64,000 nucleotides of DNA from Antechinus flavipes (GCF_016432865.1 NC_067400.1:147436001-147500000); one strand, 5' to 3'. Shown: positions 27,531 to 40,516, numbered from the stretch's first letter. Notes: a model not told the origin generated them from the sequence alone. Made by a program: numbers and translations.

Positions 27531-28539
27531 TTTGCTCCAACCATATCGACTCTACAGTCTCATCACTTATATTCCATCCCCCTCCAAATTGTTTCAACCA
27601 AACTGAACTACTTACAATCTCCCAAACACACCTTGTCTTTTTCTACCTTGCTGTCTTGTATCATGCTGAAATGCCCTCCTCCTTTTTTTTCTCCATGGTG
27701 CAAATGTCACTTCTACCAAGAAGCTTTCCTTGATGCCTTAGTTTATAACTCCTTCTGTGTGTTTGTTTATGTACAATATTTTTTATTATAGCTGTTTATT
27801 GTTCTTTAAATTTCCTAATGGACTTTGAACTAACTCCTCAGAAGCCAGGGAACACTATCTAAACACCCAGTTCAGTGATATAGCGATACATGATTTGGAA
27901 TTCATTCATTTCACTTAGAATTTTTACGCAATAGAAATAGGAAAGTTTGGAGGTAGAGAGAATTTAGGGGGAAAGATAATGAGTTTAGTTTTGTATATAT
28001 TGAGTGTAAGATGGCTACTGTACATCTACTTCAAGATGATAAAAGACCACTGGAAATCAACCCACTTCCCTTTTGGGTAATATTTTTTGTTATAGAAAGG
28101 AAAGCTGTGGAAACAAAATTTTGGTTATCCAACAATAAAAGAAAACAATGTCTATTCCAAGAATATAAACTATAAAGAGAGATTTAGATTCAATTTTAAG
28201 CCCAGTTCCAGTATTAGAGAACTTCTGAAAGAGTCACAATTTGAATAAACATTTTTTCTGCTTGTCTAAGCAAGATTTTTCTTTTTAACTGCTGAAGGGC
28301 TGTGAAAGCATAACTTGCCATTAGATAAGCCATATAAATTACAACAGACAAGTCCAACAGAAAGAAGTTATACAACAAATAGAATGGAAATATTTTTCAG
28401 ACCATACTACAAAATCTACAGGGAGAATGAGAATGCACTTAGCATCTGTGAAACAGTTAGTTTAAAACCATTACAACTCCATCTTTCAATACTCCGTGCA
28501 GCCTGTGATCTATTCTGGACTCATGCTTGTCTCATGATC

Positions 28540-29020
28540 TAGTCAGTCAATAAGCATTTATTAAGCATTTACTATGTGCCAAATACTGTGCTAAATTCTG
28601 AGGATACAAAAAAAAAAGGCAAAGAGCTTACATTCTAATGGGGGAGATAATATGTGNNNNNNNNNNNNNNNNNNNNNNNNNNNNNNNNNNNNNNNNNNNN
28701 NNNNNNNNNNNNNNNNNNNNNNNNNNNNNNNNNNNNNNNNNNNNNNNNNNNNNNNNNNNNNNNNNNNNNNNNNNNNNNNNNNNNNNNNNNNNNNNNNNNN
28801 NNNNNNGAAAGGTAAAACACTATAATTCCTTTATTATATAAAATATACTGTAAATAATAGTAAAAATAAAATAAATAAATATTTAAAATAAAATTTAAAA
28901 AAAAAAAGCTTCCTATAAAAGGTGAGATTTTGGTTGGAATTTAAAGGAAACTAGGAAAGTCTTGAGACAGAGATGAGGAAGGAGAACATATCAGGAATGG
29001 GGGACAACCAGAGTCAGAAA
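28540..29020 (-). mobile_element. L2 3' end fragment spanning an assembly gap
   Basis: tagtcagtcaataagcatttattaagcatttactatgtgccaaatactgtgctaa...gagcttacattctaatggggga. Confidence 0.7.
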
Positions 29021-29554
29021 GAATCACAGAATTTCAAAGTTAAATAGTACCAATATTCAATCTGAAAAAATCCTGACTAAAACATATCCTATAAATGAGC
29101 AGCTGTTCTTTGCTTGAACATCCTCATTTGGTAAGGACCTATACCCTCTTCAGGGTAGTCCATTCTTTTTTAGCATGACTCTAATTGTCTGGAATACTTT
29201 CCAAATATCAAACATCAATTTTCCTCTAGATAATTTCCACCTGTTCCTTCTATTTCTGATTCTCTGGGCAAACAGAACAAGTATAATTCTTCTTCCAAAT
29301 GAGTCGTTTTCGTAGCAAATAGAACTCTCATGTCTCTTTAATCTTCAACCCCAGGACATTTCCAGACTAATCCTCTCTAGCTCCTTTAACCAATTCTTAT
29401 ATAACACAATCACATACTACTTGGCTTGGCCTGGCCTAATATCAAAGCTTGATCAATTATCAATAACCATTAAAATGTATGTGTCTGATATCTTATTCCC
29501 TCAAGATATAACTCTTTAAGTCTTAATGATTAATTGGTACTAATCTACTCTTAA

Positions 29555-30040
29555 GAGATCAGTACTATGAACTGATGATAAGTGAAATGAGCATATCCAG
29601 GAGATCATTGTACATGATAACAACAAAATTATAGGATGAGCAATTCTAATGGATATGGCTTTTTTCAACAATGAGATGATTCAGACCAGTTCCAATTGTT
29701 TAGTGATGAAGAGAGCCATCTACTCTTAGAGAAAAGATTGTAGGAACTCAGTTTGGTTCATAACAGCATTTTTTACTCTTTGCATTTTATTTTGCTTCTC
29801 TTTTTTTTCCTTTTTGATTTTATTTTTCTTGTACCACAAGATAATTGTATAAATATGTATATTGGATTTAACATATATTTTTACCATCTTTAACATATAT
29901 TGGATTACTTGCTATCTAGGGGAGGGGGAAGGGGAGGGAAAATGGAATATAAAGATTTGCAAGGGTCATTGTTGAAAAATTATCCATGAATATCTTTTGA
30001 AAATTAAAAAGCTTTAGTAAAATAAATAAATAAATAGAAA
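29555..30040 (+). mobile_element. 5'-truncated L1 3' end (dasyurid-type) with A-rich tail
   Basis: atgaactgatgataagtgaaatgagca...gatgaagagagccatctac...ggattacttgctatctaggggagggg...aaaataaataaataaa. Confidence 0.85.
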
Positions 30041-30329
30041 GGGTAAAAAGGGGGGGAAAGAAAAAAAATTCCTAAGATGAAAAAGGGGGGAGAGAGAGAG
30101 AGAGAGAGAGATAGCAGTACTCACTTAGCAAGTTAGCACTCCCTGGTAACACAGTTGCATTTCATTAGAGGTTTTCTGGAAACTAATTCTGATGGTAGGA
30201 ATTTTAGGTACTATATTAAGTTAATGGTCAGAGCTATAACTAGGTTAAGAATAATCCTAAATTTAGAAATGGCTAGCAAAGATTATAGTCTTTCAGTGGC
30301 ACAGGAAAAGATAGAACTGAGCACTCAAT

Positions 30330-30485
30330 TACAGGTAGCTAGATGGATTGGTGGATAGAGCACCTCAATTTCTTCATCTGTAAAATAATCTGGAGAAGAA
30401 AATGGCAAACCATTGTCTTTGCCGAGAAAACCCAATGGGGTCACAAAAAGTCAAACATAATTGAAACAACTAAACTACAACAATA
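30330..30485 (+). mobile_element. MAR1-like SINE with internal deletion
   Basis: Head ggtagctagatgg...ggatagagcacc joined directly to CORE end and tail gagaagaaaatggcaaacc...gagaaaacccaatggggtcac. Confidence 0.65.
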
Positions 30486-32535
30486 ATATGACATTTAATT
30501 AACATAAATAGTTAATACGGGAAATTACTAGATGTCAAGTGGAGTTCCTCCTCTTCCTTACCCCTATCTCCATGGAAACCTCATCCATATCAGTTTTGTG
30601 TCATTCTTTGTCTTTCCCTCATGAGGTGCTGTTCTGACTACTTCAGGGGAAGGTTTGCTATGTGCTACTTGCTCCAGGTTCAGTAGACACTGGGTGCAAA
30701 AATTCTTAATAGACAGTTGGAGCCTAGTCATGCTTATTATGCCCCTGAAGTTCACACCATCTGTAAGGCTGACTCTGACCACCAGCATTATTTCATAAAG
30801 ACTTAGATATTAGCTCTTCCTACACTCCCACCTAGCCCCTCTACCTTGGTATTCAACAGCAATGTATCTACATGTTCAAGAAAGGAGGAAAGACTATAAT
30901 CAAAATTAGATAATAAAAAGCATAAGATGAGCAAGACACAGACCAAGATATAAACCACCTCTATACAAAGCAGAAGACCTTTGATAAAAAATGTCAGCCA
31001 TGTTTCCAAATCTTTTCGCTTCACAAATCCATATGATCTAATATGAAAGTTCATTAAAAAGCAGCAATCCCAAGAGGAGAGATAGTGACTTATCTCAGTT
31101 TTAGCATCCCAGTAGATCATCTCTTTTGAGTGTCTCCCTGTTTTAGGCAGACATGACTTCAAACAGCCAATCCTTTCTCCCTTGCCACCTCCGGCCCACA
31201 GGAAGACTCATATTCATGAGTTCAAATATAGCCTCAGACATTTACTAGTTGTGTGACCCTTGTCAGATCACTTAATCCTGTTTGCCACAATGTCTTCATC
31301 TATAAAATAAGCTGAAGGTAATGTTTCACAAGTGGGATAAAGTCCCTATTGGTGACTTGCTTGAAGCCAACTAAAGGTATCAAAGCTGCAAGTTCAAAAA
31401 TGGCTTTCTACTTGTAGAGATGTGAGGGGCCTCCTGAGCCTTGCAGATCAAAAGCAAAATTCAAATATAAAACCCGAGTTCTGTCAAGGGCTTTCACAGA
31501 TCCTGTGGGCTCCATCTCCCACCCTTAGACAGGTCTGTGGATTTATTCTCAGTCTCTACTTCTGGTAATTGACAAAGTAGCAATTTCCCTTCTTTTTCAG
31601 ATTTAAAGTTCCATATTGTCTTCAAAGTTACCCTTTAAATACAAAGGGAGGAGGAAAGGTTTTTGAGGACACTGAGGTATTGTTCCTTGTTTTCATTGTA
31701 ACTGGGGAAAGCTTCAGTAGGCACAGTTAGAGTCCGGGCATTCTTGGCAGTCTCTTATTGTTCCTGGATGTTTAGGCTCCCAGGGGAAGAATTCCCGTGT
31801 AAGCTATTGCAGCCGGCTTCTGATAAATGAGTCTTAGCTGGTAGGGCAGTGAGAGCCCTGTACAAAAAGAAAAGAAAAAAAAAGAAGAAGAAGAAATCCT
31901 CCTCTGACTCTGCACAGATATATCTGCAATAATCCTCTGCTGAAACATCAAGGAGCAACACCAGAACCAACTGTCACCTTCTGTCTTTGAGAAACTGTTG
32001 TTGCAGCAAAGGGTGAAGCTTCATGTTCTTGGCTGATTTTTGTTCCTTTTGGAATCCTTGCTTTTGTTCCACCAAGTCCTGATAGTCACTATTGTGTGAA
32101 GGCAGATTGCAGGAAGCCTGACACATTATATTACTTCAACCAACAGATAATCAGATGTCATCTTCTTTTTATTACACAAAAGATCAGATTCTAACAAAAG
32201 CAAATTGCTATAGCGTTCGTTGATTCCTTCAGAGCTGTTATCCCTGACTAAAGTGGGTATAGATCCTTAAGTCCTAGAACTGAGGAATTCGTGAACATCA
32301 TTTCTGTCTTTTTCCTAGACATCTGAACTACTAATGCATCCCAATTTTGCCTTCAGATCAGCTCTTTGAGGCCCCAGAGAATCTAGTCTGCAAGTTGCAT
32401 TACAGACTGAATTTAGATACTGAAACAAAGGGCAGAAGTTTTAGTGCTTTATTGCAAAAACAGAAAGATGTGCTTTTGTGACTTTTTCATGGGGACATTT
32501 TTTAAAGACAAACTTGTTGGAGAAAAAAATTTTAT

Positions 32536-32687
32536 GGGGCAGCTAGGTAGTACAGTGGATAGAGCATCAGCCTGAAGTCAGGAGGATCTGAGTTCAATTG
32601 GTCCCAGACACTTAATACTTCCTAGCTGTGTGACCCTGGACAAGTCACTTAACCCCAATTGCCTCAGCAAAAACAAACAAAAAAGAA
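32536..32687 (+). mobile_element. WSINE1-like short CORE-SINE
   Basis: ggggcagctaggtagtacagtggatagagc...aagtcaggaggatctgagttc...gtgtgaccctggacaagtcacttaaccccaattgcctcagc plus A-rich tail. Confidence 0.88.
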
Positions 32688-33166
32688 TGAAGGAAAACAA
32701 TTATCAAAAAAAAGAAATAAAAAATTTCTTGCTTTATTATTTGGTGAATGCTAATTGTGGTAGAATTGTTCAAGTTATAAATGAATACATGGGGCCTGCT
32801 CAGAGGACCTTTGAGTTAAGTCAAATGAAACAATTCAGACCCAGACTTTTCATTCACATAATCCAATACCCTGAGAAGGAATTTAAAAATAAACCATGTG
32901 TTTTTCCATCTCTCAGTTTGGAAATTGATTACTTAAAATTACTGAAAGGTTTCAAAAAAGGAGAAGGTTTCTTAGGAAGAATCAGAAAGATGACAGTGGT
33001 AATCTATGCTAAGAAGAATAATTTCTAACACAAATACACTATAGAAAAAGTCTTATGGATCAGAATGATAAATAAGAGGAAAAGATTTTTAAATTATGGT
33101 AAAAATAATTCTAGAAATAAAAGTAAGACTTGAAACCTGAAGATGAGACTTGAAGAGGACTAGCAT

Positions 33167-33550
33167 TGATAAGATCATTGTAGCAATACCTAGTTTGAAA
33201 TAAACATGGAACAAATTCACAATGGTCATCCTCTTTGACAAAAGGGAAGTTTATTTAGGGGAAGACATCACAGACAAAACTAAGAGATAAAATAAGCAAC
33301 AGGAGTGGCAAATATAAAGTAAAATTGGGAGAGCATTAGCAAGGAAAAGATAGACTTCTTCCTGACAGAAGACAGTCAGTTCACATCAGCATCATTGTCA
33401 GAGAACAAAGTAGCAAGTTGGCCAGAAAGATCCCTAAATGGAGTGTGCTGGAGTAGAAAAATATGAGAAACAAAAGATCAAGAGAGGTAGGAAGGGGTTT
33501 AAAAAGAGGCCACTTGAATGGGACAATCCAAGTCATTGGCTTAAAAGGAT
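33167..33550 (-). mobile_element. ERV LTR 3' part, related to the LTR at 33930-34650
   Basis: 33167-33336 aligns ungapped to the reverse complement of 34481-34650 with about 142/170 matches (hand count). Confidence 0.8.
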
Positions 33551-33929
33551 GTAAATGTATATGGCTTCTACATTCTTAGATTTAGAATCAGGTAGACCTT
33601 AGTTCAAATCTTGCTTCAGTTTCTTCTTTACCTGTATAAGTCATAACCTCTTGTAGTCTCAGGTTTTTTCATCTATAAAATGAAAATAATAATAGCTCCT
33701 TCCTCCAGGGTTGTTATGAGACAGTATATAAAGTACTTTGAAAATTTTTAAAGCATTGTGTAAATGCTAATTAGTATTATCATTAAATCTTTTCTTCAAG
33801 CTATTTTGAAAGATAAATTTAAAAGATTAAATTAGTGGAAGCAGAGATCAGAGAGAAAAAAAGAAAATGAAAACTTCACAAATTGGTTGTGTTTTAATAG
33901 AGTAATTATGAATTTTGATCAAGAAGGCA

Positions 33930-34650
33930 TGATGTGGACTTAATCTCTTCCCGTGTCAGAAAGAAGCTTAAATGGCTATTATCAGATATAACCAATTCCC
34001 AGACTATCCTTTTTGTATATTGTGATTGTGAGGTAAGAATTCTTTATCAGCTTCTACTGTCCATCCCCCAATCTCTGGATACCTTCACACAACCTTTTGA
34101 GATATTGATTAACATATCTTTAAATGGGTCTAGGACGTGATCTGCCAGTTATTCCATCTGACTCCTCTTTGATTGTCCCTCTGAATTTCCCCCTTTTCTT
34201 CTCTGGGAAACCCCCAATAAAAATCTGCTTTTTGATAAAAAGATCTTTGCTAAATTCTTTGCCAATCTAAGCCCACTATGAGGTGAGTGCCTCTTTCTCT
34301 CCCTTATAGTGCCTTCCCTTTAATCCCTTTAATAGCACCTTTCTCCTTACTCTAGATAACTTCCCTTAATCTGCTAAACTCCTGTATGGTTTTAACCTGC
34401 CAGCCAATGTCAAACCCAGGCTATTTCGCATAGCTTATTCCTGTAATGGATTCTTCTAAATTCCTTTCCTTTCTAAGTATATGTTCTCCCAACTTTATTT
34501 CATATTTGCCACTTCTGGTGCCTATTTTACCTCTTATTTTTTTCTGTAACCTTTTCCCCTAAATAAACCTGCCTTTTGCAAAAGAGAATGGCCATTGTGA
34601 ATTTATCACATCTTTATTTCAAATTAGGTATTGCTACTCTGATCTCATCA
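33930..34650 (+). mobile_element. Solo ERV LTR, 721 bp
   Basis: Termini TGATG...CATCA. 4-bp TSD GGCA/GGTA with one mismatch. AATAAA at about 34216 and 34562; internal donor-like GAG|GTGAGT. Confidence 0.8.
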
Positions 34651-35232
34651 GGTATAATCAGGCAACATAGAAAAAAAGTGAAAAGATGAATGACTAAATT
34701 TCATCTATTGATGGTATATTGAAGAGTTTGTAGGGATTAGATTAGACTCTAAAAACTTATTGGACCTATTAAAGCTGCGCTCCTTTGAAGAAATTTTTTC
34801 AAATACCATATATTGTATGTATACCAGTCTTAAAAATTATTGGTCCTGTATAATACTAGAATTATATTATTATATAGCTTATTATATAATTAGAGTAATA
34901 TAAATATAAAAATTAATTTCTTTATCTACATATAGCTATATTACCTAGATTTCCCCTTAAACTTAATCCCCGCTCTTGCCTTCCCAGAGAGCCATAACTT
35001 ATAAGGAAGATTTTTAAAGAAAGAAAAAGAAGACAGGCACTATTTTTCATTGTCTTTTTATCCTGAATACCTTTAGTGGTTGCTTAACAAATGCTTTTTG
35101 AATTTCATTGAATTGAAAGCAATACAATTTTATCCCACTAATCTCTCTTGTGTTAACTTTTTTTCTTAAGGTTTTGTCAAATCCCTGAGAATATCGATTT
35201 CAATCTTTTAAAGATTAAAACTTCTTCTGGGT

Positions 35233-35419
35233 CAGGGATTCTTAACCTAGGATCTATAAATTTCTTATGTTTTTTAAATAACTATTTCAATATAATTGGT
35301 TTCCTGTGTGTTTTATTCTTATCTTTTATGCACTTAAGAACATAATTTTGAAAAGGAATTCTTAGACTTCAACAGATTATCAAAGAGATCCATGATACAA
35401 AAATGTTTAGGAACCCCAG
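35233..35419. mobile_element. hAT-Charlie-like MITE
   Basis: Degenerate TIRs CAGGGATTCTTAACC / GTTTAGGAACCCCAG. A related copy lies at 59788-60010. Confidence 0.65.
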
Positions 35420-35599
35420 TTTTATGATTTCCTAAATCTCATTCAAGGAAGGCCTCAAAGTTATACCATTGCTATTTTGTAGGTCCAATCTGCACACTTC
35501 AAAATTAAGAGGAGAATTCAAAATTCATTCAAGCTAAATTATTTAATCCAGATAACTAAAATTCATTCATTAGAACTATCTAATCAATGAGCCAATTGT

Positions 35600-35762
35600 T
35601 TGGGGGCTGTTTAAATTCCTTATTTCTCCAATTCATCTAAAAAAGTGAGACCCGTGACCTTGCACAGGCCTCCCTCAATTAAATCCAATTCACTTGAATA
35701 TCATATCATCAACTTCCTGATGTCATGGTCCTCTTCAAGAATAAAGGACAAACAACAACAAT
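35600..35762 (+). mobile_element. RTE-related SINE/LINE 3' tail (WALLSI-type)
   Basis: cctccctcaattaaatccaattcacttg...ctgatgtcatggtcctcttcaagaataaaggacaaacaacaac. Confidence 0.65.
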
Positions 35763-35978
35763 GATGTGTAAGTACTTGTATGATGGAATCACTATAATTA
35801 CAATTTCTTCCATTGAAATTTTATTTCTCTAATATAATAAGCATGTTTATTGCTGGATGGTTTTCCTAGGACTTGGGCCTAATAAACTTATTTGCTTTCT
35901 TTTAGTTATCATAGATGAAAACAAAACAGAATCCTGCTTTGAAGTGAATATTTTCTCATCATTTTTATCTTTTTTTAA

Positions 35979-36176
<198 letters not shown>

Positions 36177-37654
36177 TAATTTAAAATCCAATTTGGTAAT
36201 AACAAAGCCAAAAAAAAAAAAAAAACCTTAGTAAAATTTGGTGACCCTTATAGAAACCTTATGATTAAAATGGGATATTTAAAAATCACTACATAATTTT
36301 TCTTGACTAGAAATATATACCATTGTCTACATATTTCACTTCTCCAATCTGAGAAGCAACCTTAGAGTTTTGGACATAGAAACTTTGTAACTTTGTGGTT
36401 TACATAATTGATAAAATAGTATATTCAACTTAGAGTATAGAATATTCTTAACATATTCAACACACCAATATTGAAGCAAAAAGAGACAGAAACAGAATTT
36501 GAAACCCAAATCTTTTTGGCACCAAATCTAGCATCTAAACAAGTGACTATGCTTGTTTCTTCCACCAAAAATCTATTCCAATAGCAAGTCATTTATGGGT
36601 ATAATATTACATGTAAGAATTTTATTACAGTTTGGAAATTCTGCATCAGAAATTATTTTTATTGTTTGAGGAAAGCAATCAGGGTTCAATGATTTGCCTA
36701 AGGTCACCCAATGATAAGTGTCTGAAATCAGATTTGAACTCAGATCCTCCTTACTTCAGTGCTGGTACTATATTCACTGTACCACTTACCTGCTCCTGTA
36801 CTAGAAATGTTCAAAATTTTTTCAACACACATTTGCTAGAAAATACTTTCAGACTGAAACCAGGTAGGTTCAAAATGTTATCCAAGGTACAGAGAAAATA
36901 TCTTTTGAAAAAGTTTGACCCTTTAAAAGAGCAAGTAATCAGGGAACTATCTCTTGAACATTAGGTGTACTCTTGTTATCAGTGACTCTGTAATTTGGTC
37001 ATCAGAGCAAAAGATTATGCTTGCATGTGCATGTGGGAAATAATGAGAGAGAAAGAAGCAAGTTACAGATGGAAGATATTAAGTCATCTCCCTCTTAGCT
37101 ATCATCCTACAGAGTTGTCCCGTGCAATATATTTTTCTCCAATTTTTGAATATTTTTATTTAATATTTTGAGTTCCAAGTTTTATCCCTCTCCTACACTT
37201 TCCTTACTCCCTCACTGAAAGTGTAAGCAATAAGATATAGGTTATATATTGTGATTATATAAAATATATTCATTGCAACAAGTTTTTAGTGTTTTAATAG
37301 ATATAATTTTTTTAATTCCAACAATTATATTTCTTTAGTCAGGATATTCTGCCATCTGACAAAACTTGTAACCGCAGTGGGAATTTTTTCCTGCTACAAT
37401 AAACCTGAATTTTATTCTTCTCAAAATCATCCTATTACTTCTTGAAAAATCTTTCCTTATGCTCTGACTCTGTGCCAGCCACTGCACTTAGTACCTAAGA
37501 TACAAAGAAAGGCAAAAACAGGCTCTGCCTAAAAAACCCTCATTTTTTAATGGGAAAAGCAACATGTAAATAACTAAATATATATGACAGATACATGGTG
37601 AATATAGTTCTATTTCACAACAAAAACATTAATTTAAGATATTAAAAGTGAAAT

Positions 37655-37797
37655 GAGGGTCAGCTAGATCATTCAGTGGATAAGAGCACTGACTCTGAAG
37701 TCAGGAGGACCTGAGTTCAAAGCTTTCCTCAGAAATATGTACTAACTGTGTAACTCTGGATAAGTCACTTAACCCCACTTGCCTTGCCAAAAAAAAA
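37655..37797 (+). mobile_element. WSINE1-like SINE with TSD
   Basis: SINE body plus polyA, flanked by AAAAGTGAAAT on both sides. Confidence 0.85.
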
Positions 37798-39424
37798 AAA
37801 AGTGAAATTAATTGACCATAAATGCTTTCTATATATAAAACTTTAAAGTGAAATATTAATTATATAAGTAAGTTCAACAACAAATACAACATATAGTATT
37901 ATATATATATATTTATTATTTAAATATTTAAAATTAATAGGATAGAATTTGCTTCAGACTTGTTATTCATTCATTTTTCTGTTATTCTCCTACAGAGCAA
38001 GAGGTAGCAATTTATATTTATAAATTGCTACTTTAGTAAAATCTTAAAAGGCAGAGTTCTAATCCTGTCTTCCCTGACCATCCTATATTCTCCAAGCAAG
38101 AATAGTAAATAACAAGTCTGGAGCAAATTCTACCCTATTAATTTTTAATATTTAAATAATAAAAATTAATAATAAATAAAATTTTAATTTTAATAATTTA
38201 ATAAAATAATTAATTTAACCCCTACAGAATGCCAGGTGTCAGTTGAGAGATTAGTAAAATCACATCTCAGAAATTTTGGTTTCTAGATCTTGAGCTTTTT
38301 TTCCCTCCTAAGGGACAAAGTTCTAGATAACAGCTTTCATTGAACATCAGTCACTTAAGGACTATTGCGTTTATATGACTTTTATCTTAACTCGTGGCAA
38401 GTGTGCTTGCTATTTCTTTCTGGTATTTATGAGCTGAGACAAGATTGCCATGTTCTTGGTTTTATCTCTCGAGACCTGTTTGCAAAAAAGGATATGACCT
38501 GATGCACTTAGATGCACAGCTCTAAATAGCATTGCCTGTTTTGGCTTCTATCTCAAGCTCAAAACCATTATCACGTTTTATAGCTATTATAACCCTTGCT
38601 GCTTTTGACATTTCTGCTTTATCACTTATTCTTGGCCCCCTTGAATACCTGTATCTATGATTAGTTTTCTCCAAGAGATATGGCTATTATTTTTTTTCCA
38701 ACTGGAATTTCCTTTCATTATTTGCTGCCAAAAATTTTTAATATTCTAAATCTCTTTTAATAATAACTATGTAAAGGTTATAATACTTCATGCCCATACT
38801 AGTCTTCAAAACAATTCCCTTATCAATTTAGTATCTCTAAATTTAATTAATGTGCTCTTTTAACCCTCACATGGATCAGTAATGATAAAGCAGAGTAAAT
38901 GTTAAGGACACAGGATAGCATTTTCAAATGACCCGATCTGATATTTAAATATTCATTTCAAAGAAATGTGATTTTCTCTCTCAATAGACCATTTGAAGCA
39001 TGTTAAGGGAGAATGAAAGAAAAACTCAGTTTCCTTAGATTTAAAGTGAAGAGTTTGAAGTAGATTACCTGGAAGGCCCAAAATTATGATCCTATAATCC
39101 TAATTAATATTCATACTTAAATAAGGTTAATATAGAGCTGAGAAAGTAGAGATGTTGGGTGAAGGGGTTCTCACTGGGGTTATGGAATTGAAAAGGGTGA
39201 CATTATGAAAGATAATGCAATGGGCATACAGTAGAGTATTGGTAAAGAGATCATCCAAGATAAAGGATGATACTAGTGATCCAAAAATAGAAACAGAACT
39301 TCCTGAACAATTTTGTTCATTAAAAGAAAATTTATCTCCCAGTTCAAGAACTATTTGCTTCATCACCAATAAATTCTTTTGGATCAGAGCTGGGTTTGTA
39401 CAATGTCTATTTTTCCTTTCCATG

Positions 39425-40035
39425 TTTCCTTTCCTTCTTCTCTCCTTCCCTCCTCTCTCCCTCCTCTCCCTTCCCTCCCTCCCTTCCTTTCCCTCCCTCT
39501 CCTCCTTTCCCTTCCCCCCTCCCTTCTTCCCTCCCTCCCTCTCCTCCTTCTCTTCCCTCTCTTCCCTCCCTCTCTTCCCTCCCTTCCCTCCCTCTCCTCC
39601 CCTCCCTTCCCTCCTTCCTCACTTCCCTCCTCCCCTCCCTCCCTTTCTTTCCCTCCCTCCCTCCCTTTCTTTCCCTCCCTCTCTCCCTCTCCTTCCCTCT
39701 CTTCCCTCCCTCTCCTCCCGTCCCTTCCCTCCCTCTCCTCCTCTCCTTTCNNNNNNNNNNNNNNNNNNNNNNNNNNNNNNNNNNNNNNNNNNNNNNNNNN
39801 NNNNNNNNNNNNNNNNNNNNNNNNNNNNNNNNNNNNNNNNNNNNNNNNNNNNNNNNNNNNNNNNNNNNNNNNNNNNNNNNNNNNNNNNNNNNNNNNNNNN
39901 NNNNNNNNNNNNNNNNNCTTCCCTCTCTTCCCTCCCTTCCCTTCCCTGCCTTTCCTTCCTTTCCTCCCCTCCCTTCCCTCCCTTCCCTTCCCTCCCTTCC
40001 TTCTTCTCTTCCTTTCTTCCTTCTTTCCTCCCTTT
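39425..40035. repeat. About 600-bp CT-rich polypyrimidine/polypurine low-complexity tract (N-gap 39751-39917 inside)
   Basis: Almost only C and T on the + strand (CCCT/CCTT/CTCT units). Confidence 0.95.
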
Positions 40036-40069
40036 AGCAAATTAATTTTCTTGTCTTTCTCTTGTAGCT

Positions 40070-40260
40070 CAGGATACTAACAATATCCTGCAAGATAGAT
40101 GCTAATATCACCCTCATTTTACAGAAAGGGAAACTGAAGGAAACAAAAGTCAAGTGCCTTGCCCAGCATCACACAGCTAGGAAATATCTGAGGCCATATT
40201 TGAACTCAGGTTTTCTTGATTCCAGGTCAAGCTCATAGCTCATGCCATCTTTCTGCCTCA
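40070..40260 (-). mobile_element. MIR, antisense to GPC6
   Basis: cctcattttacagaaagggaaactgaagg...aagtgccttgcccagcatcacacagctag...tttgaactcaggttttcttgattcca. Confidence 0.8.
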
Positions 40261-40516
40261 TAGTGAATATTTAATCATTTTATTTAATAATAAATAATAA
40301 TGTTTATTAAATATTTGTTAAATTGAAATTGGTTTAGAGCAGGATGCAACAATGCACACACACATAACATGGAACAAACTAAAATATTTGTTAATAGCAC
40401 ACAAATTTGAGGAAAGTACTCAGATAATTCATTTTGGTTTAGTCTTGGTTTTTTAATGTTCTGTTTCGTTTCATCCTTAGTTTTTGCAGCTTATCATTTT
40501 CTCCTTTTTGTAATAG

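Noticed and set aside
32630-33028. 132-aa ORF
   Set aside because: Starts inside a SINE at a non-ATG codon, runs through its A-rich tail, and has no recognisable homology.
36632-36964. 110-aa ORF after exon 8
   Set aside because: First half is an antisense MIR/MAR1 fragment; no splice or homology support.
39127-39423. 98-aa minus-strand ORF with faint resemblance to a LINE RT segment
   Set aside because: No intact RT motif (no YADD); similarity too weak to call.
39215-40080. Long ORFs (213-276 aa) rich in Pro/Ser/Leu/Phe or Gly/Arg/Glu
   Set aside because: Translations of the CT-rich tract and an N-gap; pyrimidine-only DNA cannot encode stops. They lie in the last GPC6 intron.
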